Shown: piece after piece, positions 50,753 to 62,836 of the stretch
Position numbering within the stretch: the stretch's first letter is position 1
Layout: each line of letters begins with the position of its first letter
Assembly: GCA_043228905.1 (NCBI GenBank)
Contig: JBHGNT010000006.1
Location: 17,298,001-17,362,000, forward strand
DNA length: 64,000 bases
Origin: Azolla caroliniana
Lineage: Eukaryota > Plantae > Polypodiophyta
Direction of reading: 5' to 3'
The notes under the pieces: model-generated
What the model was told of the DNA's origin: nothing
What the model saw: the letters and a program-made list of their open reading frames with translations, nothing else
Databases searched by the model: none
Translations under genes and position numbers: made by a program

Positions 50753-52271
50753 ACCGGTTACGTATGAGCAAAGAAACACAGGGACACGGCCCGTCAACGC
50801 AGAAGACAGGAATGGACACAGAGACAGAGAGACATGAATGTTTGTATATTAACGAATGACAAATAAACAATAGAGCACGCGAGCGGTTATAACCGAACAG
50901 GCCGGCGAATAGATGTTGATGCCTGCTCGTCTGCGCACGAAAGGGGATAGGATGGAGGTGTTGCCGGAAGCACACGGGCGAGCCTCCCGAAAACCTACAG
51001 AGAAGAGCGATGGAGAACGAATAGAGGAGAAGCGTTCCATTTCGGTCCGACAACACTTCGTCCTCCTCAATGCGCTATCCCCTCTCCCCGCGTCTCCCTC
51101 TCTTTTATAGCTTCCAGAAGGGAGCCGTTTCCCTCATTAACTTCCTACCTACCGAATCTAACTACCCAGGATATACCTTTGTACCTAATTCTCTATTATA
51201 TACATTAAAGGGGGCGCACACGTGAAGAGCCGGTTCACGCGCGCTATGCACCGATTGCGCTAAGGGATGGTTTTCTTCACGACATCCACCCCCACCTAAC
51301 CGCGCATCCACCGGTATGCGCCAAAATTGGGTTCTGGTTGGAGAAAACCAGTCCGGGTTCTGGTCCCTCGTCCATCGGTTCGTCCTCCGTTTCGGACTGT
51401 TCGTCGTCGCTGTCCAGGCCTCTTAGATCCGGTTCGCCGTCGTGGCGCTTCTTGAACGCTTTGATCCGCTTCCCTGCTACCGATATCGCCATCCTCGTAC
51501 CGTCGAGTTCTGCCAGGTGATACGTCCCGTTGTCGTTGGCGCTCGTTACCACGTAAGGCCTAAACCACCGCTTTGCAAACTTCCATGTTGCCCGGTGCTG
51601 GTTGTCGAGGCTGCTGTCGTAGACTAGCACCCAGTCGCCTTCCTCGATTTTCTTTGGTCGGAGCCCGTGCGTTCGGTCGAACCGAGCTTTGTTCCTCATC
51701 CTCGCCGTCCGAAGTCTCTCCGCCGCTCGTTCCACGGCCGAACCGGGCCTCCGCTCGAGCTGCCGTATACGCGCCGCTAGCAGTTCTTCCCGGCTCATCT
51801 CGTCTCTCCAGTCCACTGTCGCCCAAGAGGAGATCGTCTGTTCCATAGGCATGATCGGCTTCTGTCCGAACATGAGCTCTGACGGCATGAACCCGGTTAT
51901 CGAACTGTGCGTTGTCCGGTCCGCCCACAAGGCATAAGGTAACAATCGTGGCCAGTTCCCGACCTGGCCTCAGCACGCCCGGACTAGCGCTTTGACGATC
52001 GGTCTGTGTCCGCGCTCCACCTTCCCGTTCGCCTCCGGATTGTACGCTGTGGTGAGCGAGAGCTTGACCCCTAACCAATAGAACAACTCCTCGGCCTCTT
52101 CGGCGTCCAACTCCCCGCAGTCAGCCACGATCTTCCCGACGCACTCGTATCGGCATATCACGTCCTCGATCAGGAACTGACACACGATCGCGATCGTTTT
52201 GTGTTGGGATTTCGGTCCCTCCGGATGGAATGTCCGGAGATGAATGACGGCAAGCCCGGTTGCGGTTACGG

Positions 52272-52420
52272 AACCGGAGGATGAAGAGTACCCGGCATGA
52301 AGCCGGATGAAGAGTACCCGGCATGAAGCCGGATGAAGAGTACCCGGCTACGGATCCGGATGATGAAGACCCCGGCTACGGAGCCGGATGATGAAGACCC
52401 CGGTTACGGAGCCGGATGAC
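52272..52420. repeat. Short tandem repeats (26-28 bp) in U3 of the Q LTR, also at 57072-57220
   Basis: GGATGAAGAGTACCCGGCATGAAGCC about 3 copies, then CCGGATGATGAAGACCCCGG 2 copies. Confidence 0.85.
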
Positions 52421-52916
52421 GAATGTACCCGGAGAGAGATCCGGATGCGGGGACATATTTGTGAATATGTTTGCCAAGGGCCCTTGAGGCTATATTTGTA
52501 AATAGCCCGAAAGTCGTTTGTGTATAAATATGACTTAGGGCAAACAGTTTGAATGTTGTTCATTTTCTGGTTTTCCACTTAGAGGGAGCTAAGTGAGCAG
52601 CCGAGAGATAGAGAGAGAGAGACGAAGAGGTCGTTGCCTCTGTGTATTACCGCCGCCTGTGGCGAAGACAGTGAGCTCAAGGTTGTTGCCTTGTAGCTTC
52701 ACCATTGTACATCCCTGTTTGTAGTGATAGTTGGAGTTTGAGGACTCCCGTGGTTTTTCCCATTTAGGGTTTTCCACGTAAACATACAGTGTACTCTTCT
52801 CTCCATTGTCTTTGTACATTTTGTATTTCCCGTTTTCTGTGAGTTGATCCTATTCCTCGGTTTGTGGCCGAGCACTGTGTTCGACAAGTGGTATCAGAGC
52901 GACGACAGTGCAGAAA

Positions 52917-55900
52917 ATGGAAGGCGGCAGCAGCGGGCAGCCGGGGATGATGGTGCTGAATGCGCAGAACTACGCCGACTGGAAGATAAAGATGGAGGAC
53001 CTGCTCATTGTTCGGGACCTGTATGAACCGATCGACAGGTCGGAAATACCCAAGGGGGTACTTGAGACGGAATGGAGGCTTTTGAACCGGAAAGCCGTTG
53101 CAACCATTCGGCAATACGTCGACGTGAGCGTTCTACAACATGTGGCGAACGACACCAACGCATATGAGATGTGGCGGAAGCTGTCGGGCCTCTACGAGAG
53201 GAAGAATGCGTTGAACCGGACCTCCCTGATGAGGAAGATAGTGAACCTCAAGTACCGGGACGGCGAGAGTATGGTGGAACACGTAAGCACGTTCATGGGA
53301 TTCGTGAACCAGCTTGCGGCGATCAAGTTCCCGTTGGAGGATGCAATGCAAGCCATCATCCTGATGTGTACATTGCCGGAAAGCTGGGAGAACTTGGTGG
53401 TGACTCTCAGCACCTCCTGCACCGAAGATAACTTGTCCCTACAAACGGTAAAGACAAGTATTTTGAACGAAGAAGCGCGTCGGAGAGATAAAGAACCGGC
53501 CTCCGATCCGAAGATGCTGCTTACAGAATCGGATCGGGGAAGACAACGGAACCGGAGTCCGCAAAGACGGGAGAAGTCGGGGACCCGGTCGCAGTCAAGA
53601 GGAAGGCCCACATGCTTCCACTGTGGGAAGCCGGGGCACTTCCGGAAGAATTGTCGGCATTACCGAAAAGACAACGGAGCCGACGACACCGATTCGAAGA
53701 AGTCACCGGAGAGAAACGGTGCATACCGGGGAGTCATGGACCGGAGAGGTCCGGATCGGCGAGGGCAGGACCGGAAAGGAACGACGGCACTCGCGGCAAG
53801 TGAAGAAGAGATAATGCTCATTACCGAAGAGAGGGAGTTGAACCTTGCCGGTGTAGAGATGACCTGGGTGGTCGGTTCTGGAGCGTCGTTCCACCTGACC
53901 CCGGAGAAGAAATACTTCTCATCCTACACAGCCGGTGAGCACGGCTGTGTCCGGATGGGAAATGAAGGCACATGCCGGATTGCCGGCATAGGAGACGTGT
54001 GGCTGATGACATCAACCGGATGCAAGATGCTGCTGAAGGATGTTCGACACGTTCCGGAGGTCCGATTGAACCTGATCTCGGCCGGGAGGCTAGACGATGA
54101 AGGCTACACAGGTAGCATCCGGAATGGCGTAATGAAGTTCAGCAAGGGGAGCCTGATAGTGGCTCGGGCCCGGAAAGTCAACACACTGTACCTTATGAAT
54201 GCCTGGTTGTGTCCGGAGGAGTTGAACGTGGCAGCCGACATTGCCGGTGAGCTATGGCACAAGAGACTGTGCCACATGAGTGAGAAGGGGATGAAGAGGC
54301 TTGCAGAAGACAACCTTATTCCAGTGAAGCATGTGCACCTGGAGAAGTGCACCGATTGCCTGGCCGGTAAGCAGAACCGAACCTCCTTCCACTCAAGGCC
54401 ACCGACGAGACGTAGCGCACCATTGGAGTTGGTGCACACTGACGTGTGTCAAGTAGAAACGAAGTCACATGGCGGAGCCCAGTACTTCGTGACATTCATT
54501 GATGACCACATCCGGAAGCTGTGGACGGCACCGTTGAAGACAAAGGACCAAGTGTTGTGCGTCTTCAAAGAACTCCACGCGAGAGTGGAAAGGGAATCCG
54601 GCAAGAAGCTGAAAGCGATACGAGCGGACAACGGAGGGGAATACCGGGGGCAGTTCAAGGAGTACTGTCGCTCGAAGGGAATCCGGCTCGAGTTTACTGT
54701 GCCGAAGACGCCGGAACTGAACGGGCTGGCCGAGAGAATGAACCGGACCATAATGGAGAGGGTCCGGAGTATGCTGGCGCATGCGAAATTACCCAAGGGG
54801 TTTTGGGCTGAGGCAATGTCGACGGCGACATACGTGATAAACAGATCACCCTCAGTACCTTTGGACGGAGACACGCCGCAAAAAGTGTGGACCGGTAAGG
54901 AAGTGTCCTACCGGCACCTGAAGGTGTTCGGGTGTCTCGCATACGTGCATGTGGCAAAGGACCGGAGAGGAAAGTTAGATCCAAAGACCCGGCCATGCAT
55001 ATTCCTCGGTTACGGCGACGACGAGTTCGGCTACCGAGTATGGGACCCGGTCGACAAGAAGATATTCAGGAGTCGAGATATCATCTTCATGGAGGACAAG
55101 ACACTCGCCGACTGGGAGTCGGAGAAGAAGATGAAGAGCTCCAAGTCGACCGGTGAGGATCAACTCTACGAAGAGCAGTCCCGACCGGCAAGGGACCGGT
55201 TAGCACTCGAGGATCCGGCCGAAGACGGTGAAGAAACAAAACCGGCCGAGGAAGATGAAACTGATACCGGAACCGACCCCGATCCCGAAATGGATTCGGA
55301 TGAAGAGGAAACGGAGGAGCCGGTTACCGAAGCTCCGGAACGGAGATATCCTCTAAGAGAGAGAAGGGCCCCCCGGAGATTTCCGGAACCAGGGCACGTG
55401 CTGCTAACCGACGAGGGGGAGCCGGAGAGCTTTGAAGAAGCAAAACTTGACACCCATAGCCGCAGGTGGTTAAGTGCCATGCAGGAGGAGATGGATTCCC
55501 TGCATGAGAACCACACATATGAACTTGTGGAGTTGCCGAAAGGAAAGCGGGCATTTCGAAACAAGTGGGTGTTCAAGCTGAAACCGGGAGATGCCGGAAA
55601 CCCCCTGAGATACAAAGCCAGGATCGTGGTGAAGGGGTTCCAGCAGAAGAAGGGCGTCGACTTCGACGAGATATTTGCCCCGGTAGTGAAGATGACCTCC
55701 ATCCGGACGGTGCTGAGCATAGCGGCAAGCATGGACCTCGAGGTAGAACAGATGGACGTGAAGACGGCATTCCTTCACGGTGACCTCGAAGAAGAGATCT
55801 ACATGCAGCAACCGGAAGGATTCGAGAAGAAAGGGAAGGAGCACCTGGTATGCCGATTGAAGAAGAGCCTTTACGGACTGAAGCAGGCTCCCTGGCAGTG

Positions 55901-56990
55901 GTACCGGAAGTTCGACTCTTTCATGACCGACGAAGGGTACCACAAAACGCAGTCCGATCACTGCGTGTTTGTGAAGAAGTTCGAAGGAGGAGACTTTCTA
56001 ATACTCCTCCTGTACGTGGACGACATGTTGATCGTCGAACGGGACCAGGTCAAGATACGGATGCTGAAGAAGGCTCTTCACCGAACCTTCTCAATGAAGG
56101 ACCTGGGTCCGGCGAGGCAAATACTAGGCATGCACATCATCCGGGACCGGAAGAAGAAGCAGCTGTGGCTGTCACAGGAGAAGTACATGACTAAGGTGCT
56201 TCACCGGTTCAACATGTCGGAAGCAAGACCGGTCGGGTCAACCCTCCCGGCAAACTGCAAGTTGTCCAGCAAGCAAAGCCCCAAGACAAAGGCTGAGAAG
56301 GAGGACATGATGAAAGTACCATATGCGTCTGCCGTCGGAAGCTTGATGTACGCAATGGTGTGTACAAGACCGGACATTGGATACGCAGTCGGAGTGGTGA
56401 GCCGGTATATGAGTAATCCCGGCAAGGAGCACTGGAACGCGGTCAAATGGATACTCCGATACCTGAAAGGGACAACAAACGTGTGCCTCCGATTCGGCTC
56501 CGGTAAGCCCGAACTCGACGGCTTTACCGATTCGGATATGTCGGCTGATGCAGATACCAGCCGCTCCACATCAGGGTATGTGATGACGTATGCAGGGGGA
56601 GCTGTTTCGTGGCAGTCGAGGCTGCAGAAGACAGTTGCACTGTCAACCACGGAGGCGGAGTACATGGCGGCTGTTGAAGCCGGCAAGGAAATAATATGGA
56701 TGAAGGACTTCATTAGAGAGCTCGGTATCCGGTAGGAGGAGTACCGACTCTACTGCGACAGTTAGAGTGCCATCCACCTTGCGAAGAACGCGGCCTACCA
56801 TTCCCGGACGAAACACATCCAGCGTAGATACCACTGGATCCGGGAAAGGATAGAAGACAAGGAGTTCGTGATGACGAAGATCCACACGGACGAGAACGGG
56901 TCAGATATGCTGACCAAGGTGCTCACACCCGACAAGCTGGAAGCATGCCGGAAGAGGATAGGATTAGAGAGACATCCCATGCCGAAGTGA
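52917..56990 (+). pseudogene. Q gag-pol with two late TAG stops and a protease active-site D-to-G change
   Basis: CFHCGKPGHFRKNC, WVVGSGASFH, LWHKRLCH, RADNGGEY, YKARIVVKG, LYVDDML, STTEAEY. TAG at 56733-56735 and 56763-56765; natural TGA at 56988-56990. Confidence 0.93.
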
Positions 56991-59900
56991 AGGGGGAGTT
57001 TGTTGGGATTTCGGTCCGTCCGGATGGAATGTCCGGAGATGAATGACGGCAAGCCCGGTTGCGGTTACGGAACCGGAGGATGAAGAGTACCCGACATGAA
57101 GCCGGATGAAGAGTACCCGGCATGAAGCCGGATGAAGAGTACCCGGCTACGGATCCGGATGATGAAGACCCCGGCTACGGAGCCGGATGATGAAGACCCC
57201 GGTTACGGAGCCGGATGACGAATGTACCCGGAGAGAGATCCGGATGCGGGGACATATTTGTGAATATGTTTGCCAAGGGCCCTTGAGGCTATATTTGTAA
57301 ATAGCCCGAAAGTCATTTGTGTATAAATATGACTTAGGGCAAACAGTTTGAATGTTGTTCATTTTCTGGTTTTCCACTTAGAGGGAGCTAAGTGAGCAGC
57401 CGAGAGATAGAGAGAGAGAGACGAAGAGGTCGGCCTTCCACCTGGTTCGTCAGGTCCTCCTAGACCAGCACTAGATATCGCATCTGCCCTACGCCCATCG
57501 GCATCGTCACCAAATCTACCATCCATTTGAAGTGGATGGCCGGAGGGTATGTAGGGTGAAGCTCGTCCCGATGTCGGACTGTGGAGTGTATCTGACAGCT
57601 CTCACAAGTTGTCACGAACCGATGCACGTCCCGGTACAGTCCCGGCCACCAGTACTTCCCCTTTAGTTTCTCGAACGTGGCCCACGTCCCACGGTGTCCA
57701 GCCCAGGGGCTGTCGTGGTAGGCCTTCAGCAACTCCTCTTGTTCCTCCTCCATCGCCACTACTCGGAGCGGGATGCCTTTTCTCTTCTTCGGGTGCTTCC
57801 ACAAGTATCCGTCCCAGAGAAAGAATCGGTATGCTTTCTTCCGGATCCGGTTGGCCACGTTCTTTGTCCATGACGCGCCTGGCGTCATCGTCCTCAAGAA
57901 TCCCCCAATCTGCAGCCACTCCCCGTCGTACTTGCTCTCATTGAAATCGTTAAGCGCCGGAGTGCTCCCCCCCTCGGTTGTTACGTAAGCCGCCTTGAAG
58001 AAGTCCACGCCGACTTCCTCGTCCTCCGAAACCATGCCGCGCTCGTCGTCGAATCGCACCCTCGAAAGCATGTCGGCCATGGCATTGTCTTTCCCGAAAA
58101 TGTGTCGTATTTGCGGATCCAGGGACTTGATGTATGCTATCCACCGGAGCATTGCCAGGTCTGGGGTTGCGCATCCGGAAACCATGCCGAGAATCGGCAG
58201 GCAGTCCGTCTCGATAATCACCTCTGTCCCGATCAGATAGTCTTTATCGGCCTTCACCGCCGAAACGATACCCCAGAGTTCGCGTTTAACCTGGGCGTAT
58301 CCTCGCTGTCGCTCGCTGAGGACCTTTGCGCCGAACCGGATTGGGAACCGAATGCCGTCCTCATCTTCTTAGTTGACGACCCATCTGATCCCAGTCGGAC
58401 TTGTATCTACCGTTATGTAGATGGGAGTGCCTTTCTCGTAGACAGCCTTCCGGAGTGCCGGAGCTGCAGCAAGAGCCTCCTTCATCTTTCGAACCGACTC
58501 CGTATGCTCGTCTCGCCACTCAAAATTTCGCCCCTTTTTCAGCAACCCGTATAGCGGCTCGGCAACGTGGGCGTAATGCGGGATCCATATGTGGTAGAAC
58601 GCGCATGCTCCCAAGAACCTCCGTACCTCCGTGACCGAGTTATAGTCGAGCTTCATTGCAGAGATGGCTTCCACCTTAGCCGGAGACGGTTTCCGGCCAT
58701 ACGGTTCGCATAGATGTCTGCCGACCATGATCTCTGATTGCCCGAAGGCCGATTTCTCCCCGGAGAAGGTGAGCCTCGCGTCCTCTAGCCTCTGCAGCAC
58801 CCTGTCGCAATCGTCAATGTGTGTCGCCACGAATTTCTGGCATCCGTCCGGTCCGATCGTTTCGTCCTTTTCCTCCACCGGACATCCCTTGATCGGGATG
58901 TCGTCCAAGAATGGCATGGTGATGTCCGGGATACAACCCCTCAGCACCTTGTTCATCGCATTCACCATGTGGGCCACCAAGTTCGTCCCTCCTTGTGGCA
59001 GGGTACACATCCGCACTAGGCCGAGAGGAGTCCGCATCGTCGTAATGTCTCTGCTCTCCACGGCTAGTTGGAACTGATCGTACCCCGAGTACAGATCACC
59101 GACCGAGTAGATCGACCTTCCGACGAAGGCCTCCGCGAACTCGTCTATCGTTGGTCTGATTCCTGCGTTCCGAATGGTCACTCTGTTGACCGGTTGCAGG
59201 TCTTGAATGAAGTGCAACGTCCCGTTCTTCTTCGGTACGGTAAACCACTGGTTCGAATATGGGGCACTCGACGGTTCGAGGATGCCCATATCGACTTTCT
59301 ACCTCAACAGCTCCATCAGGTCCGGGATGTGAGCTCTCGGTACCGGAATTGGTTTGAGATTCCACGGCACATGCGGTACCATGAATATCACCATTGGCTT
59401 CAGACTGTCGGGTCTACGCACCCGATCTCTTCCGGTGAGAATGCGAAGGCTTTCCCGTGCCTTCCGAGCATTCTCCGTAACCGGTCTTCTTCTGCCGGCA
59501 GTAGGAACCCGCCCCCACCGATTTTGAGCTCCCGTAGCGTTCTGTCGGTGAAGGTGTGTCCTATGCAAGCCGGATCTCGTAAACTGGGGTCCGACGCGAC
59601 CCCCTTGATTCGCAACTCACTGCCCTCCGGTAAGGGTGTCGCGACTGGCCTTACCTTCCGGTCCACAGTCTTGTACTTCGTGTTAACCCGGGCCGTCCGA
59701 TTCAACTCGAGCCCTCGACTAACGTCCGCGATGACTTCCTACATCTCTTCTGAACAAACTGGTATCGTCCGGTCCTCTTTAAGGCCCTCTCCGACCACCT
59801 CTCGCAGTATTCCCAAGGTATCGTCGAAGGAGACCGCCTCCACGGCTCCGTTGATTTCCTTGCTGGGCCCGAGAACTCCGCACGCCCGAAGTCGCTCTTC

Positions 59901-62179
59901 CGCCCTTGTCTTTTCTCGGCCAACGACGCCAACTATCGTACACCCTCCGTTGTCGGAGAAACAAAACTTCCTACTTATGATACAAGGTTTCTTCGGTTCC
60001 GCCTCTATCGTACATTTGTGGGGTTTTCCCGGAGTGTCCAGACTATCGCGGCCCCATGCCTTGACAACCCTCTCTAAAAATCCTCTCGGTTCTCGCCACC
60101 GAGGGACTCGCGGTTTCGCTTGTGGTTCGGTCGCACCATCAGGAACTGGATCGAATGACGCCCGTCCTGACTCTTGACCCTCGCGTAAGCCGACCCGTTG
60201 TCCAGCACCTTGGTCTCCATCCGTGCTGCCGTAATGTACGGTTCTCCCAGTATGACCGGGTGCGAGGACGTATCCTACACAAAGAAGTGTTGGTCTATCT
60301 CGACGTCGCTGATCTTGACTCGCACGTTTGGGCAGGCCCCGTGTAGTTCCTCGGTGGCGCGCGTCGCCGCCCGTATCTTCCACCCGTGCTTGGTGTTGAT
60401 CGGCCATTTCCCCTTCTTGTAGAAATCCATGGACATCAGGTTTATTTCCGAACCGTGGTCCACCAGCGCCACCACCGGTTCTTGAACATCTCCGATCTTC
60501 ACCAGGGTTTCCGTGGTCGCTCGGGCCCAGTGTGGCCTCAAATAGTGGCTCTCCGCCCACTCGTCTTCCAGCGCCATGTCTTCTATGTGCATCGTCCGCA
60601 CTTCCACCGGCCTTTCCGGTCCTGTCTCCGTCGACAGCCTCTTCCTCTTTACCAAGTCTACGCTTGAGTCGTGGAACTCCTTCTTGGCGATTCTGAGCAC
60701 CTCCCGCAACGACAGTTCCACCTTGCTGTCGAGGATTCGTTCTTCCAGGACCTTTCGTAGGTTTGTGGTCCTTTCAATCTCCGTGCCCAACCGGTATCCG
60801 CCCTTCTTGTGGTTATCCCGGGCACTGGTCTCACCGGCCTCATTCCGTTTCAGCCCGAATCGGGTTTCGTATCTCTGTGAGGGTCCGGCCCCTCCGGTTT
60901 TACCTACCCATTTGTCTTCAACCAGAGCTTCGTAGTTCTGGCAAGCTGCTTCGATGAAACCCGTCTTTTCTTCGACCGGGTCACTCCACCCAATTACCTC
61001 CTGGACCCACTTCTCTGCGCGGTCCGCCTCGTCTTTCCTTAGTCGGGCACCGGCGAGGCCTTCCAGCATCGTCGACCAGAACCCGGCTTTGCTCTCCTTC
61101 CAGGCCTCGCTGCCTCCGACCCGAATACCGGCTGACGCCGAGTAGTGGACGGTCTCCGCGTGCCGGGCCGCCGCCTCTTCCATCAGCCTTTTCATTCCTC
61201 CTCGCTCGTCGTTCCGGTTCAGGGCCCTCTGGGTCGCTGGCATGCACACATTCCTCCCCACAGTCTTTCCGGATGTGGCCGACCTCGTCGCACCACATGC
61301 ACCTATTTCCTGCCGGAGGCCGTCAGTCACGAGCCTGTTCGCCGCCTTCCCTCCGAGCATGGGCGATCTGGAGATCCTTTACCGCCCGTGTCAACTCCTC
61401 CAAAGCTGTTCCCCCGAACGAGCCTCTAACCACGCCGGTCGAAGCCGAACTGGTTTCGAGCCACTCCCGGGTCTCTTCCCCTCGTACCTATGGTATCGGT
61501 TCCAGCTTCCTTGTTGCGACAGGACCCGCCCCGGTCGCCCCTGTATCAGCCCACTCCCACCATTTGTCAAAACGGCCGCAGACTCTTTTTACCGCAGCCC
61601 AGTCGGCCGTTAGCCCGTCTTCGGTTTCCAGTAAGGAGCCCACTTGCTCCCGATCCCGTGCGTCAACCGATTTGACAAACAGTAGGACACGACTTGTGTC
61701 CAGAACGGTCCAATCGAGCGCCGAAAGGCGCGCAAAGCGTTCCTCAAACTCCCTGAGGAGTACCGACGCATTTCTTCCTTTGTTGGGGAACTCCACCCAC
61801 TCCATGAAGCCCCGCTTCGAAAGCCGAAGCGCGTCATCCATCCCGTATTTCTCCAGGAGCCGTACTTCGAACTCCTCCCAGGTCCGACTCTTCGCCCGGA
61901 CCTCGAGCACCTCCGCATGGATTCCCGACATCGCCCCTCGAGGGAATCCGGCAAGACGCCTCTCTTCCGGAATATCCCTCATCAACATCTCCGCCCGGTA
62001 GGACGCCAAATAACTCATGGCAGCCTTTCCACTGAACCGGCCGATCGTATCGATGATCGCCTCAATAGCCCTGCCAAGGGCGCCGGTGCCCTCGCGCGCG
62101 CTCACTATCCGGTCCATGGCCGAAGCCATGGCCTCTGCAAGATCCGACCCCCTCATCTTCTGCTCCTCTACCGCCTTGT

Positions 62180-62196
62180 TCACGTCGGGTTCACCA
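62180..62196 (-). promoter_or_regulatory. PBS of P (tRNA-Trp type)
   Basis: Minus strand TGGTGAACCCGACGTGA, 4 nt from the LTR. Confidence 0.8.
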
Positions 62197-62836
62197 AAGA
62201 TGTCGCCTTACTACGCGTGTGCGTGGAGAAACGAGGCGGGACCACCGGGGTCTTGAACCGAAGAGCAGGTGATAGAAGGGGAAAGAGAAAGAGAGAGACG
62301 CCCGGTTACGTATGAGCAAAGAAACACAGGGACACGGCCCGTCAACGCAGAAGACACGAATGGACACAGAGACAGAGAGACACAAATATTTGTATATTAA
62401 CGAATGACAAATAAACCACAGAGCACGCGAGCGGTTACAAACGAACAGGCCGGCGAACAGATGTCGATGCCTGCTCATCTGCGCACGAAAGGGGATAGGA
62501 TGGAGGTGCTGCCGGAAGCACACGGGCGTTCCTCGAAGCAGCGCGAGCCTCCCGAGAACCTGCAGAGAAAAGAGGAGAAGCGTTCTGTTTCGGTCCGACA
62601 GCACTTCGTCCTCCTCAATGCGCTATCCCCTCTCCCCGCGTCTCCCTCTCTTTTATAGCTTCCAGAAGGGAGCCGTTTCCCTCATTAACTTCCTACCTAC
62701 CAAATCTAACTACCCAGGATATACCTTTGTACCTAATTCTCTATTATATACATTAAAGGACGCGCACGCGTGAAGAGCCGGTTCACGCGCTCTATGCACC
62801 GATTGCGCTAAGAGCCGTTTGTCTTCACGACAACGT

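Larger units (their letters stand above)
52202..57432 (+). mobile_element. Ty1/Copia element Q (Tnt1/Tork-like, inferred) inserted in P integrase
   Basis: 5' LTR 52202-52886, PBS TGGTATCAGAGC 52889-52900, PPT GAAGGGGGAG 56989-56998, 3' LTR 57001-57432 (nearly identical, truncated by a deletion). Confidence 0.95.
50754..62832 (-). mobile_element. Non-chromovirus Gypsy P (Phygy/Selgy-like, inferred), interrupted by Q
   Basis: 5' LTR 62201-62832, truncated 3' LTR 50754-51284, PPT complement 51285-51295. Gag CMWCDEVGHIRKDC, protease VDHGSE, RT FLDDIP, RNase H VDTSP and KDNAMADMLSR, integrase HDSPWAGH and YNPEANGKVER. Confidence 0.92.

Noticed and set aside
59068-60177. 369 aa plus-strand ORF and other long antisense ORFs (4785-5603, 7903-8520, 61273-62001)
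   Set aside because: They are shadows of GC-rich gag-pol coding sequence with no recognisable motifs.
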